Below the pieces are notes generated by a model, which was given only the letters and a program-made list of their open reading frames with translations, searched no databases and had not been told where the DNA came from. From Candidatus Eiseniibacteriota bacterium (lineage in GTDB: Bacteria; Eisenbacteria; RBG-16-71-46; SZUA-252), in contig JANMQV010000026.1 of the NCBI GenBank assembly GCA_031370645.1, positions 1 through 20,236 on the forward strand: a stretch of DNA of 20,236 nucleotides, read 5' to 3'. The first letter of the stretch is position 1. The number at the start of each line of letters is the position of its first letter. The translations under genes were made by a program, and so were the position numbers. Positions 9,715 to 17,720 of the stretch are shown here, one piece after another.

Positions 9715-10677
9715 CTAGGGGAGTTCGCCTCGCAGGATGGTCACCAGTTTCGCGGGGTCGAGATTGCCGCCGCTCACGACGCAGACGATGGCGCCGCTTC
9801 CGGCTCGGCCGCTCACGGCTGCCGCCACCGACGACGCTCCGGCGCCCTCGGCCACGATTCGCGCGCGCGCCACGAGAAGCCGGATGGCCGCTGCCGTTTC
9901 CTCGAGTGTCACGACGACGCTTCCGGCGAGGAGCGATGTTGCGAGCGGCCACATCTCGGCGAGAACGCTCTTTCCCCCGATTCCGTCGACGAAGGAGGGG
10001 CGGTGCTCGATCGCGACCGGCTTTCCCGCCGCGAGCGACGCGCTGAGCGGTGCGGCCGTCTCGACCTCGCACGCGAGAACGCGCGTCTTCGGCGAGAGTT
10101 CCCGGAGCGCCGCCGCGATGCCGCTGGAAAGCCCGCCGCCGCCGTACGGGACGAGGACCGTGTCGACCTCGGGAAGTTCCTCGGCGATTTCGACGCCGAT
10201 CGTACCGTTTCCCGCGATCACGTCGAGGTCGCTCACCGGGTGGATGAATCGACCCTGCATGCCTTCACGCCGATGCTCCACCATGACGCGCCACCACTCA
10301 TCGAAGGGCACTTTGGTGGTCCGTGCGCCGAGTCGCTCGATCGCCTCGAGTTTCGCGACCGGTGCGTGCTCGGGAACGATCACGTCGCATGAAACGCCGA
10401 GACGGCGCGCGTTCCAAGCCACCCCTTGCGCCATGTTGCCCGCGCTCGCCGTGTAGACGCCCCTCGCCAAGTCCTCCTGGGAGAGGCGCGCCATCGCGTT
10501 TCCCGATCCGCGCACTTTGAAGGAGCCGATCACCTGGAGGTTTTCGGGTTTCAGGTAAATTCGCGTGCCGTCAATCTCCACCGGGAGAGGAAGAAGTGGG
10601 GTGCGAAGGACGAAGCCGCGAATTCGCTCCTGCGCGGCCCGAATTTCCTCGAGGGTGGGAGCGCGCAGCTCAGGCAT
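9715..10677 (-). CDS. PLP-dependent threonine/serine dehydratase-family protein (fold type II, no ACT domain)
   Basis: KPENLQVIGSFKVRG (PLP Lys), SAGNMAQG, VPYGGGGLSSG and VSGGN. ATG 10677 overlaps the end of the upstream gene. Confidence 0.9.
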   Translation of the reverse strand: MPELRAPTLEEIRAAQERIRGFVLRTPLLPLPVEIDGTRIYLKPENLQVIGSFKVRGSGNAMARLSQEDLARGVYTASAGNMAQGVAWNARRLGVSCDVIVPEHAPVAKLEAIERLGARTTKVPFDEWWRVMVEHRREGMQGRFIHPVSDLDVIAGNGTIGVEIAEELPEVDTVLVPYGGGGLSSGIAAALRELSPKTRVLACEVETAAPLSASLAAGKPVAIEHRPSFVDGIGGKSVLAEMWPLATSLLAGSVVVTLEETAAAIRLLVARARIVAEGAGASSVAAAVSGRAGSGAIVCVVSGGNLDPAKLVTILRGELP

Positions 10678-11713
10678 CGCGCGTCCCGCCGAGATCGACC
10701 GGCGAGCCGGCGCCCGCTGCGAGCGCGCTACGGTACGCGGCGTTCGCCGCGGCCAGGTCCTGAATGGCGAGGCCGAGCGACTTGAAGAGCGTGATCTCCT
10801 CGTCGCGTTGCCGGCCTTCCGACTTGCCGGCAAGGATCTCTCCGAGTTCGGCCGCGATCGGATCGGGGCCCACGGCGGATTCCGCGATCGCGAGCAGGAT
10901 GTCTCCCGCTTCGGCCATGGCGGACTCGCGGCGATCGACGACGACGCGGGAGCGGCGAATCGTCGCTCCGTCGAGCTCGCGCTGGTTGTGGCGGCAGGCG
11001 CCGACGGCGTTCACGTGCGCGCCGGGCGCGAGCCAGTTCCCCTCGAGGATCGGCTCCACCGCCGCGGTGGCGGTGACGACCAGATCGGCCCCTTCCACGG
11101 CTTCGCGCGCGCTTGCGGTGGTCTCGACTCGCGCGCCTCGTTCACCCTGAAGTCCAAGCCGCGCATTCTCCCGGGTCACGAATGCCGCCGTCCGCTCGGG
11201 ATTCCTTCCCCAAACGCGAACACGCCTCAGGGTGCGCACGCTCCGGATCGCCTCGAGATGCGTGGTCGCCTGAATGCCGGTTCCGAGGATCGCCAAATCT
11301 CCCGCATCGCGGCGAGCCAGCGTGGCGGTCGCAAGCCCGCTCACGGCCGCCGTTCGAATGGCCGTGACCGCGCTCGCGTCGAGAATGGAGAGGAGCCGCC
11401 CGTTCGACGCGTCGAATAGGAGAACCGCGCCTTGGTGAGAATCGAGCGCGGTGGCGGAATTCGCCGGAACGACCGTGATCGCCTTCACCGCGGCAATCGG
11501 CGGATTCGAGAGTGAGGCGGGCATGACGCCGAGCCATCCAGCCCCGTGGGGAAGCGCGGAGACCGAGCGGAGCGGCATCGTCACCTCTCCTCGCTCGAGC
11601 GCGAGGAACGCTTCTTTCATCGCGCCGATGCAGTCACTCATGCGTAGGTGCGCGGCGACGTCGGCGTGATTCAGGATGAGCGTTAGGGCGTCGCGCGCTT
11701 GGCCGGAAGGCAT
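10670..11713 (-). CDS. Ornithine cyclodeaminase/mu-crystallin family protein
   Basis: TAIRTAAVSGLAT, ILGTGIQA, HVNAVGA, EAGD and FKSLGLAIQD. Start at ATG 11713. Confidence 0.92.
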   Translation of the reverse strand: MPSGQARDALTLILNHADVAAHLRMSDCIGAMKEAFLALERGEVTMPLRSVSALPHGAGWLGVMPASLSNPPIAAVKAITVVPANSATALDSHQGAVLLFDASNGRLLSILDASAVTAIRTAAVSGLATATLARRDAGDLAILGTGIQATTHLEAIRSVRTLRRVRVWGRNPERTAAFVTRENARLGLQGERGARVETTASAREAVEGADLVVTATAAVEPILEGNWLAPGAHVNAVGACRHNQRELDGATIRRSRVVVDRRESAMAEAGDILLAIAESAVGPDPIAAELGEILAGKSEGRQRDEEITLFKSLGLAIQDLAAANAAYRSALAAGAGSPVDLGGTRDA

Positions 11714-11719
11714 GGCGGA

Positions 11720-11725
11720 AGTATA
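11720..11725 (-). promoter_or_regulatory. Putative -10 element giving a leaderless transcript
   Basis: TATACT ends 6 nt before ATG 11713, and there is no SD. Confidence 0.45.
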
Positions 11726-11763
11726 GGCGAGCGGTCCCGTTGCCGGGCGACGAGATGGCGACG

Positions 11764-11803
11764 GAAACGACAAACGGGGCGACCCCTTTCGGAGCCGCCC
11801 CGT
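11764..11803 (-). terminator. Intrinsic terminator of csp2
   Basis: Minus strand reads ACGGGGCGGCTCC-GAAA-GGGGTCGCCCCGT-TTGTCGTTT, with a GNRA loop and G-U pairs on the minus strand. Confidence 0.78.
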
Positions 11804-11832
11804 CGCCTGTGATTCAGCGGTGGTTCGCTCGG

Positions 11833-12033
11833 TTAACCGAGGCGAACGTTTGCCGCTTGAAGTCCCTTCGGTCCCTTGACGATATCGAACTCGCAACGCT
11901 GGCCTTCAGCCAACGTCTTGAATCCCTCGCCCTGAATCGCGGAATAGTGAACGAAAACGTCCTCGCCACCTTCTTGCTGAATGAATCCGAAACCCTTCGA
12001 CTCGTTGAACCACTTCACCGTCCCAACAGCCAC
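11833..12033 (-). CDS. cspA: Cold-shock protein (CspA family), copy 2, 66 aa
   Basis: GTVKWFN, KGFGFI and VFVHY. AAAGGAG RBS before GTG 12033. 58 of 66 residues identical to copy 1. Confidence 0.95.
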   Translation of the reverse strand: MAVGTVKWFNESKGFGFIQQEGGEDVFVHYSAIQGEGFKTLAEGQRCEFDIVKGPKGLQAANVRLG

Positions 12034-12082
12034 TTGGTACTCCTTTGCTAACTTGGGCTTACGCCCACTCCACGCCGATAAA

Positions 12083-12111
12083 ATCATCGGCAGATCGATT
12101 CATGATGTCAA
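12083..12111 (-). promoter_or_regulatory. Putative sigma70 promoter for csp2
   Basis: Minus strand TTGACA-N17-GATGAT, with a consensus -35. Confidence 0.65.
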
Positions 12112-12259
12112 CGCGATTTCGGAGCTCCGGGCGGCCCTTTCCGGCTACCGAGAACGCGGAACGATGGCGAAATCTCGCTTCAGGAAATCGATCCGCCCGC
12201 CGATAGATTCGACGATAGCCCACGATGTTCGCCACGGCTGTCGGGGGATCTTCGGGCTC

Positions 12260-12598
12260 ATGGACAATCACGAACGAGGTTGGGAAAAGAAGCCTGGCCG
12301 GCCGGACGTTCCGCTGCCGGAGTGGAACGGCTCCTATTGGGGAGACCCGAAGCGGCTTCCACGCGTCGTCCAGAAGCTGACGCAAAAGCGCCGGCTCACG
12401 CCGGAAGAGAAAGCCGAACTTCTTTGGCGCTTCTATGAGCTCGACCAGGTCGACCGGCGGAAGACACAGACGCGCATCGCGGCCCTTTTGGTGCTCCTCG
12501 TGGTTTTGACGGGAGCCGCGGTGTGGCTCTACTTCAATCCGCAGCCCTGGATCGCGGACCGACTCCTGCAGATCGTCGATCCGGGCGCCGCCGCGTAG
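12260..12598 (+). CDS. Hypothetical protein with a C-terminal transmembrane helix
   Basis: Fills the gap between csp2 and the PNGase-like gene. Hydrophobic IAALLVLLVVLTGAAVWLYF segment. Start is ATG 12260 or 12164. Confidence 0.6.
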   Translation: MDNHERGWEKKPGRPDVPLPEWNGSYWGDPKRLPRVVQKLTQKRRLTPEEKAELLWRFYELDQVDRRKTQTRIAALLVLLVVLTGAAVWLYFNPQPWIADRLLQIVDPGAAA

Positions 12599-12616
12599 TT
12601 TTCTCTCGCGGCGCCG

Positions 12617-13660
12617 CTACTCGTTTCGCCAGAGCGCCGGCGGCTTTTCCCACCCCACGAGGCACGCGGAGAGCCGCCAGTAGCCGTAGTTGCCATCCTT
12701 GTCCTTCGGACGCATCCCCTCCACCGAGAATCGAATCGTGTGGGTTCCCGGTTTCAAGTGGTCGGTGAGATCGAATTCCACCGGCGTCACCTCCTGGCTG
12801 GGACACCAACCGCTCCTCGCATAGTCGGACGACCACGTCCCGTCCGTCCATCGCGCGCAGTAGGGATTGAGTTCGCGAAACTTGCGGCAGTCGTCCCGCC
12901 ACGGATGCACGCGCGCCACCACGACTCCATCCACCGAGATGACGTTCGCCTTCGAGACGAATTCGTCATCATCCCGCCCGTCGGTGCAGTGGCCGGTGGA
13001 GGCGTATTTCATCACGACGCGGGAGAGTCCGGGCGGGATGACGACGGTGGCGCTATCTCCTCCGCTGTTTCGCTCGGCGTTGAAATTCTCGCTGTAGTAA
13101 AGCGGCGAGGCCCAGGTGGCCACGGGGAAGGAGTCGGCCGGTGTGAAACGGAGCGAGAAGTCGAGCCGCCACGCCGGGCTGACCCACGTATCGACAGTCG
13201 CACGGAACGTTCGGCGGCCGCGGAGGAGCGGCGCGAGGTGCGTCACGTCCACTTCGTAGTCGGTTCGTCCGCCGTAGGCCGTCATGAAGCGGAGGATCTC
13301 GAGATCGGGGCCGCCTTCGATCGCCAGTCGCACGTTCCCCGCGCGATCGTATCGGTCGGCCACGTCGCGATCGGACTTCGGCACGGGGCGAAGCGTGACG
13401 AGGGCGGTGATCCGCTGCGGCTGCTTTGAGTCAACCAGTGAGATCGTGGTCCGCGCCACGCGGCCTTTGTCCTCTACCGTGACGGAGGGGGTCGCGAACT
13501 TGGAGGAGGAGTCGGCGTGGAAGTGGAGCGCGACGTCGCGGAAGATTCCGACCGTCGTCGGCCCGCGAGTCGACGCGACGCGCGGTTGCGCCGTTGCGGT
13601 TCTGAGCCCGCCGAGAAGAATCGCTATCGAGAAGACCGCCGCCCAAGCCAATCGCCTCAC
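12617..13660 (-). CDS. Peptide-N-glycosidase F-like secreted protein
   Basis: Signal peptide, then DRYDRAG, EILRFMTAYG, DVTHLAPLLRG, TGH, DEF and RSGWCP, matching PNGase F N- and C-domain motifs. GTG 13660 overlaps the upstream stop (GTGA). Confidence 0.8.
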   Translation of the reverse strand: MRRLAWAAVFSIAILLGGLRTATAQPRVASTRGPTTVGIFRDVALHFHADSSSKFATPSVTVEDKGRVARTTISLVDSKQPQRITALVTLRPVPKSDRDVADRYDRAGNVRLAIEGGPDLEILRFMTAYGGRTDYEVDVTHLAPLLRGRRTFRATVDTWVSPAWRLDFSLRFTPADSFPVATWASPLYYSENFNAERNSGGDSATVVIPPGLSRVVMKYASTGHCTDGRDDDEFVSKANVISVDGVVVARVHPWRDDCRKFRELNPYCARWTDGTWSSDYARSGWCPSQEVTPVEFDLTDHLKPGTHTIRFSVEGMRPKDKDGNYGYWRLSACLVGWEKPPALWRNE

Positions 13661-13938
13661 GAACGCTTCCTCGTCGCGAGCCATGCCGCGAGCGTCCAGG
13701 TGGGAACGAGCCCGACGCCGGGGATGATCTCCGCCAGGAAGGTGGGGAGGAACGACCAGTGCCACCCGACGAGAATGGTCATCATCACCGCCACGGCCAC
13801 GTCGACTCCATCTGCGGCCGGGGAGATGAATCCCACGCCGAAGAAGGGGAGGAGGACGATTTGCATGGCGTCCGCGGCGACCGCGATCAGCCGGGCTGCC
13901 CAGACGCGGCGCCGCGACGGGAGTTGGCGGTCGGTCAT
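13657..13938 (-). CDS. Small hydrophobic membrane protein, 93 aa
   Basis: ATG overlaps the photolyase stop (ATGA) and its stop overlaps the next GTG. Several hydrophobic segments, including GWHWSFLPTFLAEIIPG...PTWT. Confidence 0.75.
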   Translation of the reverse strand: MTDRQLPSRRRVWAARLIAVAADAMQIVLLPFFGVGFISPAADGVDVAVAVMMTILVGWHWSFLPTFLAEIIPGVGLVPTWTLAAWLATRKRS

Positions 13939-15404
13939 GGCGTCTCGTATCGGCGGATGTATTCCTTCACGTGCAGTTTCCTCGCCGTGTTTTCGCTGCT
14001 CATGTACCGGATCGTCCCGAATATGGGCCGCTCCGGCCCCCACGCCCGGTCGTACCGACCGAGCGTCCAGAAAGTGCCGCTGGTGGAATTCGGATTTCTC
14101 CCGTCGAGCGACCATTTGTTCATGAGATGGATCATCGCCGCCAGGGCGTCGCGCGGCGTGGCTGACCACTCGAGAATCTTCTTCCCCCAGAGCATTCGCA
14201 AGTAATTGTGGAACCATCCCTCGCGCTTCAGCTGATTCATGGCGGCGTTCCAGAGGGGATCGTGCGTGCGTGCGGCTTCGAGTTCTTCAACCGAATAGAG
14301 ATGCGGCCGCGGATCGCCGGCGTGCTTCTCCAGCGTACGGCGCGCCCAGTCGGGGAGGGAGTCGTACCGGTCGTAATCGGCGCGATGGGAGCAGAGGTTG
14401 TAGCCGAGTTCCCTCCAGGTGATCAGCTGATCGAGAAACGCTTCGGCGGCCTCGCTCATGCCCCACCAGCCGGCGCGTTGGCCGGTCGCCTTGGCGCCGA
14501 GGCGGTCGGCGCTCCACATCTCGTGCGCCGCGACGGCGGCGAAGACTTGGTGCGATGAAATGTGGCCGAAGTGAAGGTAGGGCGAAAGGCCGCTCGTACC
14601 GGGGAGTTCGGGTTCGTTTCGATCTTCCGGGTAGCGGGAGAGGCGTTCGGCAACGAATCGATTGGCGACCTCGGTCGCCGTGTCGGCTCCGCCGCGTTGC
14701 GCGGTGACGACTACGGAGTGATCGATCGGGAATGCGGCGAGTTCGGCTGCGCTGCCGCCGAGGAGGGCGGGCGATGCCGGCGCCCAGCGACGCGCGATCT
14801 CTTCCGGGATTTCCGGCCCGGCCGGCAGTCTCGCTCCCTCCAGCGGATCGGCCTCGGGGAATTCGCGCAGGTGCTGGTGGAGCGCCCGCTGCAGATGGCG
14901 CCGAAACGCGTACGCCGTCGGGAATACCGTCTCCGTACCGCGCATCGGATAGAGCCCGTTCGAGTCGATGGACTCGAAATGTGTTTCGATCCGGCGCGCG
15001 GCCGCTTCCGTCATGTGTGGAATCATGAAGGCGGGGAAGTCATCGGTGACGACGACGGCCGCCCGCGCGGCAAGCGCGGCGAGTAATCCCTTGCCCGCGC
15101 CGAGCGTTGGTTCAGCGTAGGGGTAATATCGCACGGGCTTCCCGGAGAACCCTCGCGCGTTCGCCGCCATCCCGTCGAGGATGAAGCGGTGGAATCGATC
15201 GCACGCCCAGGAGTAATCGCAGCGGAGCGCTTCCAGGACGAGTAGAGGCTTCCGAAGGCGCGCAGCCCATTCCACCGCGCGCTGGAGGCCGAAGTTCCAC
15301 CCCGGCCGGCGTGCCATCACCATCCAATAGAGGACGTAGTCGGCTTCGGTGCGCGGGGGAAGATCGCGGAGAGCCCGGATACGGGCCGTTGGGGTCGGCA
15401 TCAT
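13935..15404 (-). CDS. phrB: Deoxyribodipyrimidine photolyase, class II-like
   Basis: YVLYWM, SGLSPYLHFGHIS, RELGYN, THDPLWNAA, HNYLRMLWGKKILEWS, LDGRNPN and ERPIFGTIRYM. Start ATG 15404/15401, with TATACT at 15418-15423 upstream. Confidence 0.92.
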   Translation of the reverse strand: MMPTPTARIRALRDLPPRTEADYVLYWMVMARRPGWNFGLQRAVEWAARLRKPLLVLEALRCDYSWACDRFHRFILDGMAANARGFSGKPVRYYPYAEPTLGAGKGLLAALAARAAVVVTDDFPAFMIPHMTEAAARRIETHFESIDSNGLYPMRGTETVFPTAYAFRRHLQRALHQHLREFPEADPLEGARLPAGPEIPEEIARRWAPASPALLGGSAAELAAFPIDHSVVVTAQRGGADTATEVANRFVAERLSRYPEDRNEPELPGTSGLSPYLHFGHISSHQVFAAVAAHEMWSADRLGAKATGQRAGWWGMSEAAEAFLDQLITWRELGYNLCSHRADYDRYDSLPDWARRTLEKHAGDPRPHLYSVEELEAARTHDPLWNAAMNQLKREGWFHNYLRMLWGKKILEWSATPRDALAAMIHLMNKWSLDGRNPNSTSGTFWTLGRYDRAWGPERPIFGTIRYMSSENTARKLHVKEYIRRYETP

Positions 15405-15525
15405 GTCGAGGGGGCCGAGTATACGCGACCGCGACCGCGCGGCCCTGGCGCGCGAGGCTCGGTCGCCCTCGGCCCTTCTCAGGTACACTCCACGGCTCAC
15501 CCACCGACTCGAGAGGGATCCGACG

Positions 15526-16119
15526 CTGAACCATCCGACGGACAAGCAGCGCCAAACCGAGACGACGCGAATACTCCTCGGTGCTCGCTCCAAGTCGCGT
15601 CCCGAGCGTGAAGAGAGCCGCGAGCAACTCCACGCGCTCCTCGACGAGGAGCTCCGCGGCGTGGCGGAGCGCGCCACCCGGAGCGCGCGCGCCGACCACA
15701 CCGTCGTGCCCGCGACGCTCATTCACGAACTCTACACTCGGCTCATTGATCAATCCCGAGTCGACTGGAGTGATCGCGCCCGCTTCTTTCAGATCGCGGC
15801 GCGCGCCATGCGCCAACTCGTGATCGACCAGGCCCGCCTGCATCGCGCGGCCAAGCGGGGCGGCGCTTGGAGACGCATCGCGATCGACCAGGAGGTGATC
15901 GTTCCGGGGATCAACACGTTCGATCTCGTGGTCCTCGGAGATGCATTCGAAAAGCTGGCGAAGCGGGATCCGCGTACGGTCGCCGTGACGGAACTGCGAC
16001 TCTTCGCGGGACTCACGCCGGCGGAAATCGCGTACGTGCTCGGCGTTTCCGAGCGGACCGCCGAGGCAGACTGGTCATTCGCGCGCCGGTGGTTGAAGAA
16101 GGAAATCGGTAACGCGTGA
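15526..16119 (+). CDS. ECF-type RNA polymerase sigma factor (TIGR02999-like)
   Basis: ELR...DHT...LIHE, WSDRARFFQIAARAMRQLVID, AAKRGG, ELRLFAGLT.AEIA.VLGVSERT...DWSFARRWL. The start is inferred at CTG 15526 after a GAGAGGGA RBS. Confidence 0.85.
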   Translation: MNHPTDKQRQTETTRILLGARSKSRPEREESREQLHALLDEELRGVAERATRSARADHTVVPATLIHELYTRLIDQSRVDWSDRARFFQIAARAMRQLVIDQARLHRAAKRGGAWRRIAIDQEVIVPGINTFDLVVLGDAFEKLAKRDPRTVAVTELRLFAGLTPAEIAYVLGVSERTAEADWSFARRWLKKEIGNA

Positions 16120-17558
16120 CCGGTGGACTGGTTCTCCTCACCGGCGCGACCGGCTACGTCGGCGGACGGCTCCTGCCGCTCCTCGAAGCGCGCGCCGTCC
16201 GCGTCCGTTGTCTAACTCGCCATCCGGAGACGCTTCGAACGCGCGTCGGTGCGGGTACCGACGTTGTGGCCGGCGACGTTTCAGTCCCCGCGACGTTGAC
16301 TCCTGCGTTCGCGGGCGTGACAACCGCCTTCTACCTGGTCCACTCGATGGGGGCCGGGGGCCACTTCGTGGAGGAGGACCGCGCCGCGGCGGCGGCCTTC
16401 GGTGCGGCCGCGCGCGCGGCTCGCGTGGGGCGAATCGTCTATTTGGGTGGGCTAGGGGGCGAGAAGGAACTCTCCGATCATCTCGCGAGCCGCCAGGAAG
16501 TCGGGCGAGTCCTGGCCGCCTCCGGCGTGTCGGTGGTCGAGTTTCGCGCCTCCATCATCATCGGATCGGGCTCCTTCTCCTTCGAGATGGTTCGGGCGCT
16601 GTCGGAGCGGCTTCCGGTCATGGTGACGCCGCGCTGGGTCCGAACGCCCGCCCAGCCGATTGCGATCGAAGACGTGCTGGCCTACCTCGTCGCGGCACTC
16701 GACGCTCCGCCAGATGTCCAGGGCGTCTTCGAAATCGGCGGTTCCGACCAGACGTCGTACCTCGGCGTCATGGAGGAGTATTCGCGCCAACGTGGCCTTC
16801 GCCGCCTCATGATCCCGGTCCCTTTCCTGACGCCGACCCTCTCGAGCTTATGGCTCCGCCTCATCACGCCGCTCTACGCCCCGGTGGGCCGAGCGCTCAT
16901 CGAAGGAGTGCGGAACGAGACCGTGGTACGTGACGACCGCGCGCTTCGAGTATTCGCCGTGAAGCCGCGGGCCCTTCGCGATGCGGTGCGGCGCGCGCTC
17001 GAGAACGAGGACCGCGACTTCGCCGAGACGCGCTGGTGCGACGCGTTCGCTTTCAAGGGGCACGCCGCGGCGAAAACGTATCGAACGCGCGTCATCGATT
17101 CGCGCTCGGTGCGTGTTCGCTCCACGGCCGAATCGGCGTTCCTTCCGATACAGCGGATCGGCGGTGCGAACGGCTGGTACTTCGGCGACTGGCTGTGGTG
17201 GTTACGCGGCATGCTCGACATCTTCGTCGGCGGGCCGGGGCTGCGGCGAGGGCGCCGGCATCCGGAACTCGTTCGTCCGGGCGACACTCTCGACTTCTGG
17301 CGGGTGGAGGCATGCGATCCGCCGCGGCTGCTCAGGCTCCAGGCCGAGATGAAGCTTCCCGGCCGCGCCTGGCTGCAGTTCGAGGTCGCGGTCTGCGGGC
17401 CGTGGGAAGTGGAGATCCGCCAGACCGCCATCTTCGATCCCCGGGGCCTGTTCGGGCGGATCTACTGGTACGCATTGGTGCCGCTGCACGCGCTCGTTTT
17501 CGGGGGGATGCTGCGGGGGATCGTTCGCAGGGCCGTCACCCCGTCTCGCAGCCGGTGA
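16116..17558 (+). CDS. Atypical SDR/NAD(P)-binding protein with DUF2867 domain (YbjT-like)
   Basis: TGATGYVGG, YLVHSM, RASIIIGSGS.SFEM, QPIAIEDV, IGGANGWY, DFWRVE and AEMKLPGRAWL. GTG overlaps the sigma stop (GTGA). Confidence 0.9.
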   Translation: MTGGLVLLTGATGYVGGRLLPLLEARAVRVRCLTRHPETLRTRVGAGTDVVAGDVSVPATLTPAFAGVTTAFYLVHSMGAGGHFVEEDRAAAAAFGAAARAARVGRIVYLGGLGGEKELSDHLASRQEVGRVLAASGVSVVEFRASIIIGSGSFSFEMVRALSERLPVMVTPRWVRTPAQPIAIEDVLAYLVAALDAPPDVQGVFEIGGSDQTSYLGVMEEYSRQRGLRRLMIPVPFLTPTLSSLWLRLITPLYAPVGRALIEGVRNETVVRDDRALRVFAVKPRALRDAVRRALENEDRDFAETRWCDAFAFKGHAAAKTYRTRVIDSRSVRVRSTAESAFLPIQRIGGANGWYFGDWLWWLRGMLDIFVGGPGLRRGRRHPELVRPGDTLDFWRVEACDPPRLLRLQAEMKLPGRAWLQFEVAVCGPWEVEIRQTAIFDPRGLFGRIYWYALVPLHALVFGGMLRGIVRRAVTPSRSR

Positions 17559-17649
17559 GATTTCGACCAACCCCCAATCGCTTGAATTGTACTTCCTCAT
17601 AGAAATGGCCCCCTAGGGGCAGGTGGCGTGGGGAGCGCCACCGGCAGTA

Positions 17650-17686
17650 AGCGGCCTCGGAGCTTGCTCCGGGGCCGCTCTGCGTT
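17650..17686 (+). terminator. Strong hairpin between convergent genes (terminator or 3' end of a small RNA)
   Basis: AGCGGCCTCGGAG-CTTG-CTCCGGGGCCGCT. The CUUG tetraloop and U-G pair favour the plus strand. The U tract is weak. Confidence 0.55.
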
Positions 17687-17720
17687 GGTAGCGCGACAGT
17701 TGCAGCGGCGCCGCGGAGGG

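Noticed and set aside
9599-10072. N-terminal extension of the FG-GAP ORF (847 aa)
   Set aside because: It overlaps the dehydratase gene. The signal peptide and RBS indicate a start at 9598.
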